64,000 nucleotides of DNA from Nitrospinales bacterium (GTDB lineage: Bacteria; Nitrospinota; Nitrospinia; Nitrospinales; VA-1): NCBI GenBank assembly GCA_965223345.1, contig CBDCWG010000012.1, positions 3,136,001 through 3,200,000 on the forward strand, read 5' to 3'. Positions within the stretch are counted from its first letter, which is position 1. The number at the start of each line of letters is the position of its first letter. Shown here piece after piece: positions 51,966-62,488 of this stretch. A program made the translations under genes and the position numbers. The notes beneath the pieces were generated by a model. It made no database searches and was not told where the DNA came from. It worked only from the letters and a program-made list of their open reading frames with translations.

Positions 51966-53138
51966 ATGGGATACCAATACGCGATTTTAGGGGCGGGACG
52001 TCAGGGCCTCGCCGCCGCTTACGACCTGGGCCGCTTTGGCGACGCCGAAAAGGTGAAACTGTTCGACATCGATCCCGCCGCGGCGAACGCGGGTGCGGAG
52101 CGGTTGAACCGCCTGCTCGACACCGGCCGTTTTTCCGGCGCGGCGCTCGACGCCTCCGACACCGGCTCCCTCGTCAATGCGCTCAAAGGCATCGACGCGG
52201 CGGTCAGCGCGGTGCCGTTCGCCTTCAACCTGGCGATCACGCAAGCCGCGGTGCAGTGCGGCTCGAGCCTCTGCGATCTGGGCGGACACACGGACACGGT
52301 GCGGGAGCAGCTCAAACTCGACGCCGACGCCCGTGCAGCCGGCGTCACCATCACGCCCGACTGCGGCATGGGGCCGGGGCTCAACATCTCGATGGGGATT
52401 CTCGCCATGTCGTTCATCGAGGAACCGGAAGACGTGCTGATCTGGGACGGCGGGCTGCCGCAGGATCCCAAGCCGCCCTGGCATTACGAGCTGGGCTTTC
52501 ACATCAACGGGCTGACCAACGAATACTACGGCGACGCGTATTTTCTGCGCGGTGGGGAAGTGACTCCGGTGGCCTGCCTCACCGAACGGGAGACGCTGGA
52601 ATTCGACGCGCCGCTGGGCAAACTGGAAGCGGCGGTGACCTCCGGCGGGCTTTCCACAGCGCCCTGGACCCTGGCCGGCAAACTCAAAAGGCTGGAAAAC
52701 AAAACCCTGCGCTATCCCGGTCACTGGGATCAGTTCACCGCGTTTCAACAGCTGGGGCTGTTCGAGGAAGCCCCCATCCCGGTGGACGGGGTTTCGGTCT
52801 CGCCGCGCGCCCTCTATCACGCGCTGCTGGAACCGAAGATCGTTCCCGGCAATATCCGCGACATCTGCGTGATCCGCACGCGCTGCAACGGCAAAAGTGA
52901 GGGCAAGGCCGCCTCCTGCACGCTGGAGCTCATCGAAACGCACGACGCGGATACCGGCTTCACGGCGATGGAAAAACTCACCGGCTGGCACGCGGCGATG
53001 GTGGCGATCCTTTCCGCCCAGGGCAGGATCGCACGCGGGGCGGTGCCGGTGGAAACGGCGCTGACAGCCGAAGCGCTGGCCAAGGAAGCGCCGCGCCGGG
53101 GATGGAAAATCAAAAACGACACGGTTGTGGGAGACTGA
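51966..53138 (+). CDS. Saccharopine dehydrogenase family oxidoreductase (lysine 6-dehydrogenase-like)
   Basis: GAGRQG Rossmann motif, DLGG, DCG.GPG, GGLPQ.P, KTLRYPGH. Confidence 0.88.
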   Translation: MGYQYAILGAGRQGLAAAYDLGRFGDAEKVKLFDIDPAAANAGAERLNRLLDTGRFSGAALDASDTGSLVNALKGIDAAVSAVPFAFNLAITQAAVQCGSSLCDLGGHTDTVREQLKLDADARAAGVTITPDCGMGPGLNISMGILAMSFIEEPEDVLIWDGGLPQDPKPPWHYELGFHINGLTNEYYGDAYFLRGGEVTPVACLTERETLEFDAPLGKLEAAVTSGGLSTAPWTLAGKLKRLENKTLRYPGHWDQFTAFQQLGLFEEAPIPVDGVSVSPRALYHALLEPKIVPGNIRDICVIRTRCNGKSEGKAASCTLELIETHDADTGFTAMEKLTGWHAAMVAILSAQGRIARGAVPVETALTAEALAKEAPRRGWKIKNDTVVGD

Positions 53139-53173
53139 GTTTCAAGACAGCACAGACCGGCCCCTGCAAATTC

Positions 53174-53974
53174 TTAAGGCGCGGGAAACAACTCCGCGGT
53201 CCTGCCCGTGATCCGGTAGATGAAAAGCCCGGCCCACTCGTGCAGCGCGCTCGACACCATGCCCACCCGGGTCAGACCCGGCCAGGCCCAGTCGGCGGTC
53301 AGGTTGCCGGAGGTGTCGTAGTCCACCGGATAGGCGAGCACATTCCAGCCGATCTTGCGGAACACCCCCACCGCACGCGGTATGTGGCTCGCCGAGGTCA
53401 CGAGAAGCCAGGTCTCCTGCGGTTTCGGGTTTGCCAGCGCGAAGGCGTTTTTGGCGTTCTCGATGGTGTTGCGCGACTTGGCGTCAAACTGCACCCGGTT
53501 GAGATCGAGCCCCAGCTCTTCGAACAGTTTGCGGGCGGCGATGCTGGCGTTCAAATTCCGACGCCTCAGATTGCCGATGCCGCCGGTGTGAATCAGGCGC
53601 GCATCCGGATACCGGCGGGCGAGGGAAACGAAAGCGGTGAGCCGCTCGCCCGCTTCCGTGAACGAGGGCTGGTTGCGGGTCTCGGTGATGTGGGACATTT
53701 CCGCGCCCCCGAGCACGACGATGCCCGCGACCTTTTCGGGAAGCGGCCTGGGCTGCGGGAAGCGGCCTTCCAGCGGCTTGAGCAGCAGGTGGTCCCAGGG
53801 GAAAACGGTCAACACGAACAGCAGCGATGCGGCGAGCGTGATTATTTTTTTGCCCAGCTCGTTGCGCGTGGTCCACAACAGGACCGCGCCCGCCACAAAC
53901 AGGATGAGCAGCAGCTTGTCCGGCGAGAGAAACAGCCACAAGGTTTTCGAGGTCACCCAGAACAGGGTTTCCAT
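53174..53974 (-). CDS. YdcF/DUF218 (ElyC-like) protein
   Basis: IVVLGG, SRNT.ENA, LLVTSA.H.PRA, HEW.G. Confidence 0.92.
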   Translation of the reverse strand: METLFWVTSKTLWLFLSPDKLLLILFVAGAVLLWTTRNELGKKIITLAASLLFVLTVFPWDHLLLKPLEGRFPQPRPLPEKVAGIVVLGGAEMSHITETRNQPSFTEAGERLTAFVSLARRYPDARLIHTGGIGNLRRRNLNASIAARKLFEELGLDLNRVQFDAKSRNTIENAKNAFALANPKPQETWLLVTSASHIPRAVGVFRKIGWNVLAYPVDYDTSGNLTADWAWPGLTRVGMVSSALHEWAGLFIYRITGRTAELFPAP

Positions 53975-54020
53975 AGCGTCCTTTCAGTATGAGCGATCGG
54001 ATCGGGGTCCGGGGCGGCGC

Positions 54021-55238
54021 TCAGCGTTTGGCGAGCTGCCTCAACTCCAGCAGGTCCGCGCCATTGTACCCCAGGAAATAAAGTATGAGTTCCAGGTTGG
54101 AGGTGGTGATGCTGGCGCGCGCGTGTTTTTCGACGATGGGTTTCGCGTTGAAGGCGATGCCGAGACCGGCGCGGGCCAGCATGTGGATGTCGTTGGCGCC
54201 GTCGCCGACGGCGACCACCTGCTGCAGCGAGACGCCTTCCCTCTGCGCGATGGAAACCAGGATCTTCTCCTTGGCCCGCGCATCGACGATCTCCCCCGCC
54301 AGCTCGCCAGTCACTCTGCCGCCGTCGATCTGAAGCTGGTTGGCGATGCCGTGGTGCAATCCGTATTTATTGCGGAAGCGGTCGATGAAAAACTGAAAGC
54401 CACCGCTGACGATGGCGATCTTGTAGCCCAGGTGCTTGAGGATGGCGACCAGGTCTTCGGCTCCGGGGGTCAGGGGGATGCGGTCGGCGAGTGCCTCGAG
54501 TTTCTCTACGGACAATCCGCGCAACAGCCGCACCCGTTGCCTGAGCGCGTCGGTGAAATCCATCGTCCCCTCCATCGCCTGCCGGGTGATGGCCGCCATC
54601 TGTTCGCCGACGCCCGCCAGTTTTCCCAGCTCGTCGATGACCTCGCATTGCAGGAACGTCATGTCCGCATCGAACACGATCAGGCGCTTGTTGCGGCGGA
54701 ACAGCGTGTCGTCCTGCACGGCGAGGTCGATGCTGAAGGCTTCCTTGAATTCCATCAGGGCGTTGAACACATCGACGCTGGAATGCGCCTCGCGGGTGCC
54801 GATGACGAATTCGAGCACGTGCTGATCGCCGTAGTCGAGCTGTTCGATGCGCAGGATGTTGATGTCACGCGCGGCCAGGTCGCGCGTGAGCTCAAGCAAC
54901 ACGGGCGTCTCGATGGTGTCGCGCAGCAGCGTCACGACGGAACGGTGGCGGTACGGCGCGTCGGGCCGGTTGTTGGATTCCCAGGGCGTGACGCCGACCT
55001 TGAGCCCGGCCTGTTTGCCGTATTCATCCAGTTCCTGTTTCAGCGCATCGATGGCGCCGGCGTCTTTGCCTTCAAGCAGGATGGACAGGTTCAGCAGACC
55101 GTTGAACACGAACTGCTTGATGTCGAGCACGCTCCAATCCTGCCGCACGATGTGCTCCAGCGTTTCGGCGAGGATGCCCGGACGGTCCTCCATGGAGATG
55201 TGGATGTGCAGCTGGCATTTGTTGGCGATGGTTTCCAT
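54021..55238 (-). CDS. serB: Phosphoserine phosphatase with ACT domains
   Basis: DRPGI ACT domain, FDADMT, EVIDEL, VSGGF, GDGAND. Confidence 0.95.
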   Translation of the reverse strand: METIANKCQLHIHISMEDRPGILAETLEHIVRQDWSVLDIKQFVFNGLLNLSILLEGKDAGAIDALKQELDEYGKQAGLKVGVTPWESNNRPDAPYRHRSVVTLLRDTIETPVLLELTRDLAARDINILRIEQLDYGDQHVLEFVIGTREAHSSVDVFNALMEFKEAFSIDLAVQDDTLFRRNKRLIVFDADMTFLQCEVIDELGKLAGVGEQMAAITRQAMEGTMDFTDALRQRVRLLRGLSVEKLEALADRIPLTPGAEDLVAILKHLGYKIAIVSGGFQFFIDRFRNKYGLHHGIANQLQIDGGRVTGELAGEIVDARAKEKILVSIAQREGVSLQQVVAVGDGANDIHMLARAGLGIAFNAKPIVEKHARASITTSNLELILYFLGYNGADLLELRQLAKR

Positions 55239-55242
55239 GGGG

Positions 55243-55707
55243 TCAGTCGCGCGACTTGTACCTCCACCCTTCCCGCTTCTTGCAGCTCCAGCCGTCGTGC
55301 AGCTGAAACACGGAAAGGTTGTCTAGCGTTGCGGAATTGAACAGGGCCAGCACGCCGGGCCCCTGGATGGGATTGTCGCGGATGTGCAGCCGCTTCAGAA
55401 GAGGCAGGCATCTGGATTGCGCGAGGTGCACGATCCCCGCGTCGGTGACGCCGTTGTTGTTGAGATTGAGGTATTGCACCTTGCTCAGGAATTCGCATTG
55501 CGCCAACTCCTTCACGCCTTCGTCGCCCAGGCGGTTGTCGTCGAGGTCCAGCCAGTTGATCTCCAGCATTTTTTCAGAGCGCCACATGTGGCGCGCGTCC
55601 TCGGGCCCGAGGCCGATGCCGCTCAGCATCAGCTGGTTGCCGCGCATCCGGCCTTCGAAGATGGCCGCGGCGCTTTCGTACTTGGTCTTCGCATTCATGT
55701 TGCTCAT
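55243..55707 (-). CDS. Small leucine-rich-repeat protein (RI-like)
   Basis: LDLDDNRLGDEG, LNLNNNGVTDAG, LHIRDNPI repeats. Confidence 0.8.
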   Translation of the reverse strand: MSNMNAKTKYESAAAIFEGRMRGNQLMLSGIGLGPEDARHMWRSEKMLEINWLDLDDNRLGDEGVKELAQCEFLSKVQYLNLNNNGVTDAGIVHLAQSRCLPLLKRLHIRDNPIQGPGVLALFNSATLDNLSVFQLHDGWSCKKREGWRYKSRD

Positions 55708-55791
55708 CCTGTTTCGCGGTATCGGACTAAAAGGTTTATTAATAACGAAAAATCCCGCCGGGGACAAGGACGCATTGCAAAAAGCGCCGCT

Positions 55792-57099
55792 TCACGCGGA
55801 ATCGTCGGATTCGGATTGCGGATCCTTGGGGCCGGGAGGCACGTATTTGCGGCCGCTGAGCTCCTCAGGCAGGTATTCCTGCTCGACCCGGCTTTCGGGG
55901 TAGTCGTGCGGGTACTTGTAATCCACACCGTAGCCGTATTTTTTCGCGTCGCGGTAATGCGCGTCCTTGAGGTGGTCGGGCACGGGGTAGGACTCGCCCT
56001 TGTTCTGGATGTCGTCCAGGGCGCGGTCGATGGCCGTGATGGCCGCGTTGTCCTTGGGCGCGCGCGCGACGTAGATCACCGCCTGCGCCAGCGGGATGCG
56101 CGCCTCGGGCCAGCCCAGCCGCTCCACCGCATCGGCGGCTGCGTTGGCGAGCACGAGCGCCATGGGATCCGCAAGCCCCACGTCCTCGGCGGCGGTGACG
56201 ACCAACCGGCGGGTGATGAAACGCGGGTCCTCGCCGCCGGCGATCATCTTCGCCAGCCAGTAGATGGCGGCGTCCGCATCGGAGCCGCGCAGGCTCTTCT
56301 GAAACGCCGAGGCGTGATCGTAATGCTCGGTGCCACCCTTTTCGTACAGCACGGCGGCGCGCTGGATGATCCCCTCGATCGTCTCTTTGCTTATGGGGGT
56401 GTTGCGATCGCTCTCTCCCGACACGTCGCTTGCGGCTTCCAGCACGTTGAGCGCCCGGCGGGCGTCGCCGTTGGCGTGGCTGACGATCAGGTTCAGCGCG
56501 TCTTCATCGAAGACCGGGGCGTTCTCGCCCAGCCCGCGGGTCTTGTCGGCGATGGCGCGCTCGAGAAGCGTGCGGATGCCCTCGCGGCTGAGGTATTCCA
56601 GGCGGAAGATCTGGCAGCGCGAACGCAGCGCCGGGATCACTTCGTGCGACGGGTTTTCGGTGGTGGAACCGACCAGCCTGAGGGTGCCGTTTTCCACGTG
56701 CGGCAGCACGGCGTCCTGCTGCGCCTTGTTGAAGCGGTGGATCTCGTCGATGAACAGCAGCGTGCGTCCGCCGTTGGCCTTGCGCCGCTTTTCCGCCTGC
56801 TGGACGATCTTGCGGATGTCGGCGACGCCGGCGTTGACGGCGCTGATCTCGTGAAATTCGCTTTGCGTCAGGCGCGCGGTGATGCGGGCGAGCGTCGTCT
56901 TGCCGGAACCGGGCGGCCCCCACAATATGAAGGAAAACCCGGAGCCGCTTTCGATCAGTTTTCTCAGCGGACGCCCCTCGCCCACCAGATGCTCCTGGCC
57001 GAGAAACTCCTCCCAGCCTGCGGGACGCATGCGGTCGGGCAGCGGCGACCAGCCGGGGGCCGCGCCCTCGGATTCTTCGTATTCGGGAAACAGTTCCAT
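55792..57099 (-). CDS. rarA: Replication-associated recombination protein A
   Basis: GPPGSGKTT, DEIHRFNKAQQD, TTENP, KSLRGSD.DAA, YKYPH. Confidence 0.96.
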   Translation of the reverse strand: MELFPEYEESEGAAPGWSPLPDRMRPAGWEEFLGQEHLVGEGRPLRKLIESGSGFSFILWGPPGSGKTTLARITARLTQSEFHEISAVNAGVADIRKIVQQAEKRRKANGGRTLLFIDEIHRFNKAQQDAVLPHVENGTLRLVGSTTENPSHEVIPALRSRCQIFRLEYLSREGIRTLLERAIADKTRGLGENAPVFDEDALNLIVSHANGDARRALNVLEAASDVSGESDRNTPISKETIEGIIQRAAVLYEKGGTEHYDHASAFQKSLRGSDADAAIYWLAKMIAGGEDPRFITRRLVVTAAEDVGLADPMALVLANAAADAVERLGWPEARIPLAQAVIYVARAPKDNAAITAIDRALDDIQNKGESYPVPDHLKDAHYRDAKKYGYGVDYKYPHDYPESRVEQEYLPEELSGRKYVPPGPKDPQSESDDSA

Positions 57100-57142
57100 C
57101 GATCGGACACCTTCGGGAAGGACCGGCGGCGCGGGCTCGGAG

Positions 57143-58825
57143 TCAGACGTCCATCTTCTTCAGGGCTTCGATGCCGCGCTTGAGCGGCAGGAAGGTGACA
57201 GCAAGGGTCAGCACGAAAATCAGGGTGTAGCAGATGGGGACGTCCAGACCGCCCACGCTTTTGAACAGAAATTTTTCGTTGAAATGCACGTACATGGGTC
57301 TTCCGACCAGCATCAGCACGGCGGCGATGTACGCGAGGCTGCTGGTCATGTACAGGATGCCGCCGGTGCCGGCGGGAATCTCGGAAATGTTTTCGTGCTC
57401 GAACATGGGATACATCGCGCCCAGCCCGAGCCCCAGCCCCACAAGGCCCGCCGTGACCAGAAAAATGCTGACGATGGAGACATTCATAACATAGGCGTCC
57501 ACCTGAAGCAACCAGTTGGAAACGACGACGAGAAACTCCGCCACGAACAAAAGCGGCGGGAAAAACATCCAGAACTTGCTCCAGAGAAATTTCTTCATTT
57601 CCACCGGCGCGGTGTAGATCGTCCAGATCTTGCGGCCCTCGATGCTGGTGGCGGTGAACACGAAGCGGGCACAGAGCGCGGAGAGCACAAACCCCACCAG
57701 CCCGATGTTCAGCACGGACACGACATTCTTGAGCACCACGTTGTGCAGGGGCAGGTTCATGATGTTGAAGATGTAGACGAACACCAGGGCGCAGAGGATG
57801 AAGATCTGCGACCACTGTTCCGGATCGCGCGCGAACACGCGCAGATCCTTCATCAGCAGGGCGCGCCGTTCGGGCGAAACGGGCAGCCACTCAAGAAACG
57901 CACTCAGGCGGAATTTGGAACCGGTGCCGCCCACCGGGGCGTTTTTCACTTCCTGCACCATGCACCAGCCGTCGAAATAGATCCTGCGGGCGAGGGCCCA
58001 CAACACCACCAGCGATCCTGCCGCCGCGCCGTAGAGATACAAAAGCTGCCGGCCCGCGGTGCCGGTGTCGCCCTCTACCCAGCTCGCAAGGCCGAGCGTC
58101 ATCCAGCTGCTGGGCAGAAAGGGATAGTCGGGAACCCGCAGGCTTTCGACGAACACCATGATCTGCGCGTCGGACACCTCGCGGCCAAAAAACTTTTCCG
58201 GGGAAAGAAACCTGAGATACACGATCAGCCCCACCAGAACCACAAGCCCGAGAAAGGAAAGCACTTGGTGCGCCTTCTTGGTCGGGAAATAACGCATCAA
58301 CAGCAGGATGAAGGCGCAGCCGAAGATGCAGGGAATCATCACGTAGGGCACGATACCGGCGAGCAGGTAGAGATAGTATTTCCAATCGACGCTGTGAAAA
58401 TGCCCGTACGCCACGAAGATGGGCAGGCCGAACAAAAGCATCATCCACGAGCTGTGCAGGACCGACTGGTAAAAGCGCGCGAAAAACACCGATCCTGTGG
58501 GAACCGGCAAAGAATGCGTGAGCGGCAGGTCGCGCGCCAGGAAAAACACCGACAGGCAGACGATGAGGCTGGAGAACAGCACCATCACCATCAGGGTCAG
58601 AAAGATCACGTTCAACATCTGCACGATCAGTTCGTCGCCGACGTTGAGCGGCAGCCCGTCGAAGTAACGGATGATGCGCAGGAAAAACCAGAAATCCGCC
58701 GCCACGAACAGCGCCGCCAGCACGGAGATGAACACCCAGCGGAACCGCTTGCCGCGTGAGGGCCTGAGCAGACTGTTTTTGAAAGAGAGCCAGCGGAGAC
58801 GGAATAGCGTTGCGATCTGCCCCAT
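57143..58825 (-). CDS. Putative ABC exporter permease
   Basis: About 12 TM helices, 'KDLRVF.RD..QWSQ', 'S.EG...W...TAP'; no ATPase gene adjacent. Confidence 0.85.
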   Translation of the reverse strand: MGQIATLFRLRWLSFKNSLLRPSRGKRFRWVFISVLAALFVAADFWFFLRIIRYFDGLPLNVGDELIVQMLNVIFLTLMVMVLFSSLIVCLSVFFLARDLPLTHSLPVPTGSVFFARFYQSVLHSSWMMLLFGLPIFVAYGHFHSVDWKYYLYLLAGIVPYVMIPCIFGCAFILLLMRYFPTKKAHQVLSFLGLVVLVGLIVYLRFLSPEKFFGREVSDAQIMVFVESLRVPDYPFLPSSWMTLGLASWVEGDTGTAGRQLLYLYGAAAGSLVVLWALARRIYFDGWCMVQEVKNAPVGGTGSKFRLSAFLEWLPVSPERRALLMKDLRVFARDPEQWSQIFILCALVFVYIFNIMNLPLHNVVLKNVVSVLNIGLVGFVLSALCARFVFTATSIEGRKIWTIYTAPVEMKKFLWSKFWMFFPPLLFVAEFLVVVSNWLLQVDAYVMNVSIVSIFLVTAGLVGLGLGLGAMYPMFEHENISEIPAGTGGILYMTSSLAYIAAVLMLVGRPMYVHFNEKFLFKSVGGLDVPICYTLIFVLTLAVTFLPLKRGIEALKKMDV

Positions 58826-59062
58826 GAAATCGTCCTTTCCTGCGGTGAAATCCGGATTTACGACGGGAAACGCTGCGGGAAAATCATGTCCCAGAATCGC
58901 ACAGGAATGGCCCCTACGCAACCACTTTTCAATGAGTTATAGCATCCAAAGCGGGCCCTTCCGGCGATGCATTTTCATCGCAGGCGAAAGACACTGAATT
59001 TGCGGGGGAAATGACAGCAGGCGTCCTGAGGAAGTTCGCTTGGAAAATACTTTCATGGACAC

Positions 59063-59245
59063 TCATCTTTTAAACACCTTCGCTTGCACTTTTTCCAGTG
59101 TGCGGGAGCAGTCCTGAGCGGTCTGCTCCCACTTCGCGATCTTCTTGCTCAGTCCGCCGGGGACGATCCGCTGGTCGCACAAGATAAATCCGACGAACAG
59201 ACACCACAGGCACAGCACCATCATCAACGTCCAGTGAATCCTCAT
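59063..59245 (-). CDS. Small membrane-anchored hypothetical protein (60 aa)
   Basis: N-terminal hydrophobic helix; AAGGAG upstream. Confidence 0.5.
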   Translation of the reverse strand: MRIHWTLMMVLCLWCLFVGFILCDQRIVPGGLSKKIAKWEQTAQDCSRTLEKVQAKVFKR

Positions 59246-59381
59246 AATGCGGGGATGCTCCTTCGGGTTATTTCGGGGTATTCCGTTTTTTCCGGGCCTT
59301 TGGCTAAGGTCTCAGTTTCGCGGCGAAAAGAAAAGGCAGGATTTTAAAACACTGGTAACGTGAGACGCACGCGCCCTGTGG

Positions 59382-60353
59382 TCAAACGATGTTTTCCACC
59401 CAGTTGACGATGACGTAATCGAGCCAGCGCCTGTCGCCGAGCGCGGTGGGACGGCTGGCGATGTAGCCCATGTGGCCGCCACCTTCCGGGGCGTTGAAGG
59501 TGAGGGTGAAGTTTTTCAGCACCGTGTCGAACACTTTGGGCGGGATGAACGGATCGTTCTGGGCGCAGAGGATGGTGGTGGGCACGTGGATGGATTCCAG
59601 AAACTGGTTGGCGCTGCTCTTGGCGTAATACTCCTCCACGTCGCGGAAGCCTGCCGCGGGTGCGGTGTAGACGACGTCGAAATCGCGGATGGTGCGGTAA
59701 TCGGACTTGGGTTTGTACGCCTCCGGGAAACATTCCAGCATGGCCTCGGCCTGGCGGCGCAGCAGCTTCACATAGTAGTTGTTGAAGGTGGAGGAGCCGT
59801 TGTCGCTGGAGAGGATCTCGCTGCTGATTTTCAGATCGACCGGCGGGTTGACGGCGAACGCGCCGTGGATGTTGGTGGGGACCTTGCGGCCTTCGCCCAG
59901 ATACTTGAGCAGAATGTTGCCGCTCAGGGAAAACCCCACCATGAGGATCGCCCGGCGGGGATACAACTCCAGCACATACTGCACCAGCTTGTCGAGATCG
60001 TCGCTGGAACCGCCGTGCCACAGGCTGGCGCTCAGCCCCATTCCGGGGCCGCTGCCGCGGTGGTTCATCATGATGACGCCGACGCCGCGGTCCCACAGCC
60101 GCCCCGCGATGCGCCGCATGTAGCCGGATTCGGAACAGCCTCCCATGCCGTGCGCCAGGATGACCAGCGGCTTGTGGGGGTCCTGCCCTTCCAGCTCCAG
60201 CGCCAGCACCACGGCGTCCTTGCCCACCGGGATCTTGTGGGTTTTGCGCTGCGGCAGGTTCGTGCTGCCGGCCGCCTTGGCGCCGACCACGGTCTGCAAC
60301 CAGCCGCCGCGCACCAGCCAGTGTTCCTTGAAAGGCTCCAGGGTGTCTTCCAT
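59382..60353 (-). CDS. YheT-family alpha/beta hydrolase
   Basis: HG..G.S.S.Y, GFSLSGN nucleophile elbow, NDPF, GGH.G; AGGAG RBS before ATG 60353. Confidence 0.92.
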   Translation of the reverse strand: MEDTLEPFKEHWLVRGGWLQTVVGAKAAGSTNLPQRKTHKIPVGKDAVVLALELEGQDPHKPLVILAHGMGGCSESGYMRRIAGRLWDRGVGVIMMNHRGSGPGMGLSASLWHGGSSDDLDKLVQYVLELYPRRAILMVGFSLSGNILLKYLGEGRKVPTNIHGAFAVNPPVDLKISSEILSSDNGSSTFNNYYVKLLRRQAEAMLECFPEAYKPKSDYRTIRDFDVVYTAPAAGFRDVEEYYAKSSANQFLESIHVPTTILCAQNDPFIPPKVFDTVLKNFTLTFNAPEGGGHMGYIASRPTALGDRRWLDYVIVNWVENIV

Positions 60354-60557
60354 CGCTCCTCGTTCACCGTAAGGGAATAATCCCCACGCCTTCCGTATCT
60401 TATCAGATATCCCGGCTCCAGGCATCTCCCTTCGGCACAGGGAAACGAGGGGAAAATTTGCGGCGGCGGACCCGGTGCGCAGCCTTTGTTGACACACCGG
60501 CGCGGGATTGCTAGATTGTTGTTTCCTCAATCTATTCTGCGAATCGTTTTTGAACTC

Positions 60558-61937
60558 ATGACTCCCGATTTCATCCGTAATACACACCTTAGAGCCGGCT
60601 GGTTTGTTCTGCCGCTGCTGTTTATCTGTCTCCTGTTTCCGCGCATCTCTTTGGCGTCGGCGACAACGGAATCGCAATCGCATTACAAGGAAGGCGTGCG
60701 CTTCAGCCTGGCCAAGAAATGGCCGGATGCGGCGCAGGCGTTCCAGAAGGCGGTCATGGCGGACCCGGACTACGCCCTCGCCTACGCGAACCTGGGCGTC
60801 GCCCTCAGCCAGATGGGGCAGCACAAGGAAGCGCTGCTGTCGTTCGAGGAAGCGCTGCGCAAAGGCTACGACGATCCGCACCTGCGCTACAACCGCGGCA
60901 TCTCCTTTGGCAAAGTGAACCTGCTGGAAGAAGCGGAAGCGGAGATGAAGCAGGCGCTCAAGCTCAACCCGCGAATGGTCAAGGCGGATTTCGATCTCGG
61001 CGTCATCTACATCCTGCAGGAACGTTTCGACGCGGCGCGCGCCCAGGTGGACGCGCTGTACCCGCGCAACGAGAAGCTGGCGCGCAAGCTGTTCGAGAAA
61101 ATCCCGCCGCAGTACAAAGTGGTGCAGGTGAGCGACGGCGGCACGGTGAAAGGACGCGTGACGATGCAGGGAGGCCAGCCGCGGCCGCGGTACTTTCACC
61201 TGATACACGCACCCAATATCGAGTTCTGCTCGCGCATGTCGGACGGCAAGGGGCACCGGCTGCTGTTCGATTTCAAGGTGTCGGAAAACGGCGGCCTCAA
61301 GGACACGGTGATCGCCATCCAGGGCGTCGCCAAAGGCAAACCGTTTCCCTCGAAACTGCCGTCTATCAATATTTCCCGCTGCCACGCCGACCAGTACGTG
61401 ATCGGCATCCGCAACGGCGAGAACTTGCTGCTGCAGAACACCGACCCCATCCGCCATGAAATCGCCACCTACGAAAAAAACCACGACGGCTACATCAGCC
61501 AGAAAACCAACAAGCCGGTGGACAAGCAGACCAGCCAGGTGCGCAACGCCTTCGTGGACAAACGCTCGCAGGAGTTTCTCATCAAGTGCAACCTGCACCC
61601 GTTTCTGCAGACGCGCGGCTTCCTGGTGGACAACCCCTACTTCGCCGTGTCCGACGCGGAGGGCAACTTCACCGTGAACGACGTGCCGCCGGGCACCTAC
61701 GACGTGGTGGCCTGGCACCCCTTCATCCCGACGCAGACCGGCACCGTCACCGTGACGGCGGGCGGCGAAGCGACACTGGATTTCACGTTTAAGAGCGAAG
61801 ACGAGCGCCGCAAACTCTACCACGACGACATCAAGGGCTACCGCTTCAACACGTGGTTCGACAGCAAGGAAAAATTCTACGGCGGCCCGCGCATCGACGA
61901 CCCCGTGGAAGTGCTGCAGGTGTACGCAGAGGAGTGA
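60558..61937 (+). CDS. Secreted TPR + carboxypeptidase-regulatory-like domain protein
   Basis: TPRs (YANLGVAL), KCNLHP, 'NPYFAVSD.EG.F....VPPGTY....WHP'. Confidence 0.85.
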   Translation: MTPDFIRNTHLRAGWFVLPLLFICLLFPRISLASATTESQSHYKEGVRFSLAKKWPDAAQAFQKAVMADPDYALAYANLGVALSQMGQHKEALLSFEEALRKGYDDPHLRYNRGISFGKVNLLEEAEAEMKQALKLNPRMVKADFDLGVIYILQERFDAARAQVDALYPRNEKLARKLFEKIPPQYKVVQVSDGGTVKGRVTMQGGQPRPRYFHLIHAPNIEFCSRMSDGKGHRLLFDFKVSENGGLKDTVIAIQGVAKGKPFPSKLPSINISRCHADQYVIGIRNGENLLLQNTDPIRHEIATYEKNHDGYISQKTNKPVDKQTSQVRNAFVDKRSQEFLIKCNLHPFLQTRGFLVDNPYFAVSDAEGNFTVNDVPPGTYDVVAWHPFIPTQTGTVTVTAGGEATLDFTFKSEDERRKLYHDDIKGYRFNTWFDSKEKFYGGPRIDDPVEVLQVYAEE

Positions 61938-61982
61938 TCGGGGATTGCGATTGCTCTGATCTTTTGTTAAAGACTGAGGATT

Positions 61983-62178
61983 ATGGGCTACGACCTGCAC
62001 ATCACGCGCAAAAAATATTTCTTCGATGAGGACGGCGAGCGGATCTCCGAGGAAGAACGGCGAAGTCTACACCAGCCCCACCGAGTTCCACCACGAGGAC
62101 GCATCCCCTCCCCCATCCGGCGAGACAAACCCACCTGCAAAAAAATCTTTCTGGAAAAAGTTATTCGGTAAGAGGTAG
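61983..62178 (+). pseudogene. Internally deleted hypothetical gene (MGYDLHITR family)
   Basis: N-terminus MGYDLHITRKKYFFDEDGERISEEE joined out of frame to C-terminus NGEVYTSP...KKSFWKKLFGKR*; GAGG RBS. Confidence 0.6.
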
Positions 62179-62191
62179 CTGCGTTTCCCGC

Positions 62192-62488
62192 TCAACGGTT
62201 TTCTTGAGAGCTGTCCGGCCAGCGGCGGGAGGTGTGGATCACGGCGACGATGTGGATTTCGTCCCCGGACAGGAGGTATACCAACAGGTAGGGCGATCCC
62301 GCAAGAACCAACTCCCGCGTTCCGTCAACGCGGCCGGGCTTTCCCATGTGGGAATGCTGCTTGAGTTTGTGCGCGGCTTCCTGGATACGGAACACCATGC
62401 GCCCCGCGGCCTCGGGATCGTCCTGGCTGATATAAGCATGCAGGTGTTGTAAATCCTGGAGCGCCCGGCGCGTCCAACGCAAGTTCAT
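62192..62488 (-). CDS. RelE/ParE family type II toxin
   Basis: WT..A..DL, G.PGRV.GTREL, PY...Y, V.HTSR.W. Confidence 0.92.
   Translation of the reverse strand: MNLRWTRRALQDLQHLHAYISQDDPEAAGRMVFRIQEAAHKLKQHSHMGKPGRVDGTRELVLAGSPYLLVYLLSGDEIHIVAVIHTSRRWPDSSQENR

Noticed and set aside
59382..62000. 872-aa ORF suggesting a large fusion
   Set aside because: Only the last ~323 aa (from ATG 60353, with RBS) is a hydrolase; the rest is antisense to the TPR gene. The same N-terminal over-extension applies to 39183-41528 (pyrG) and 31839-33557 (GT4).
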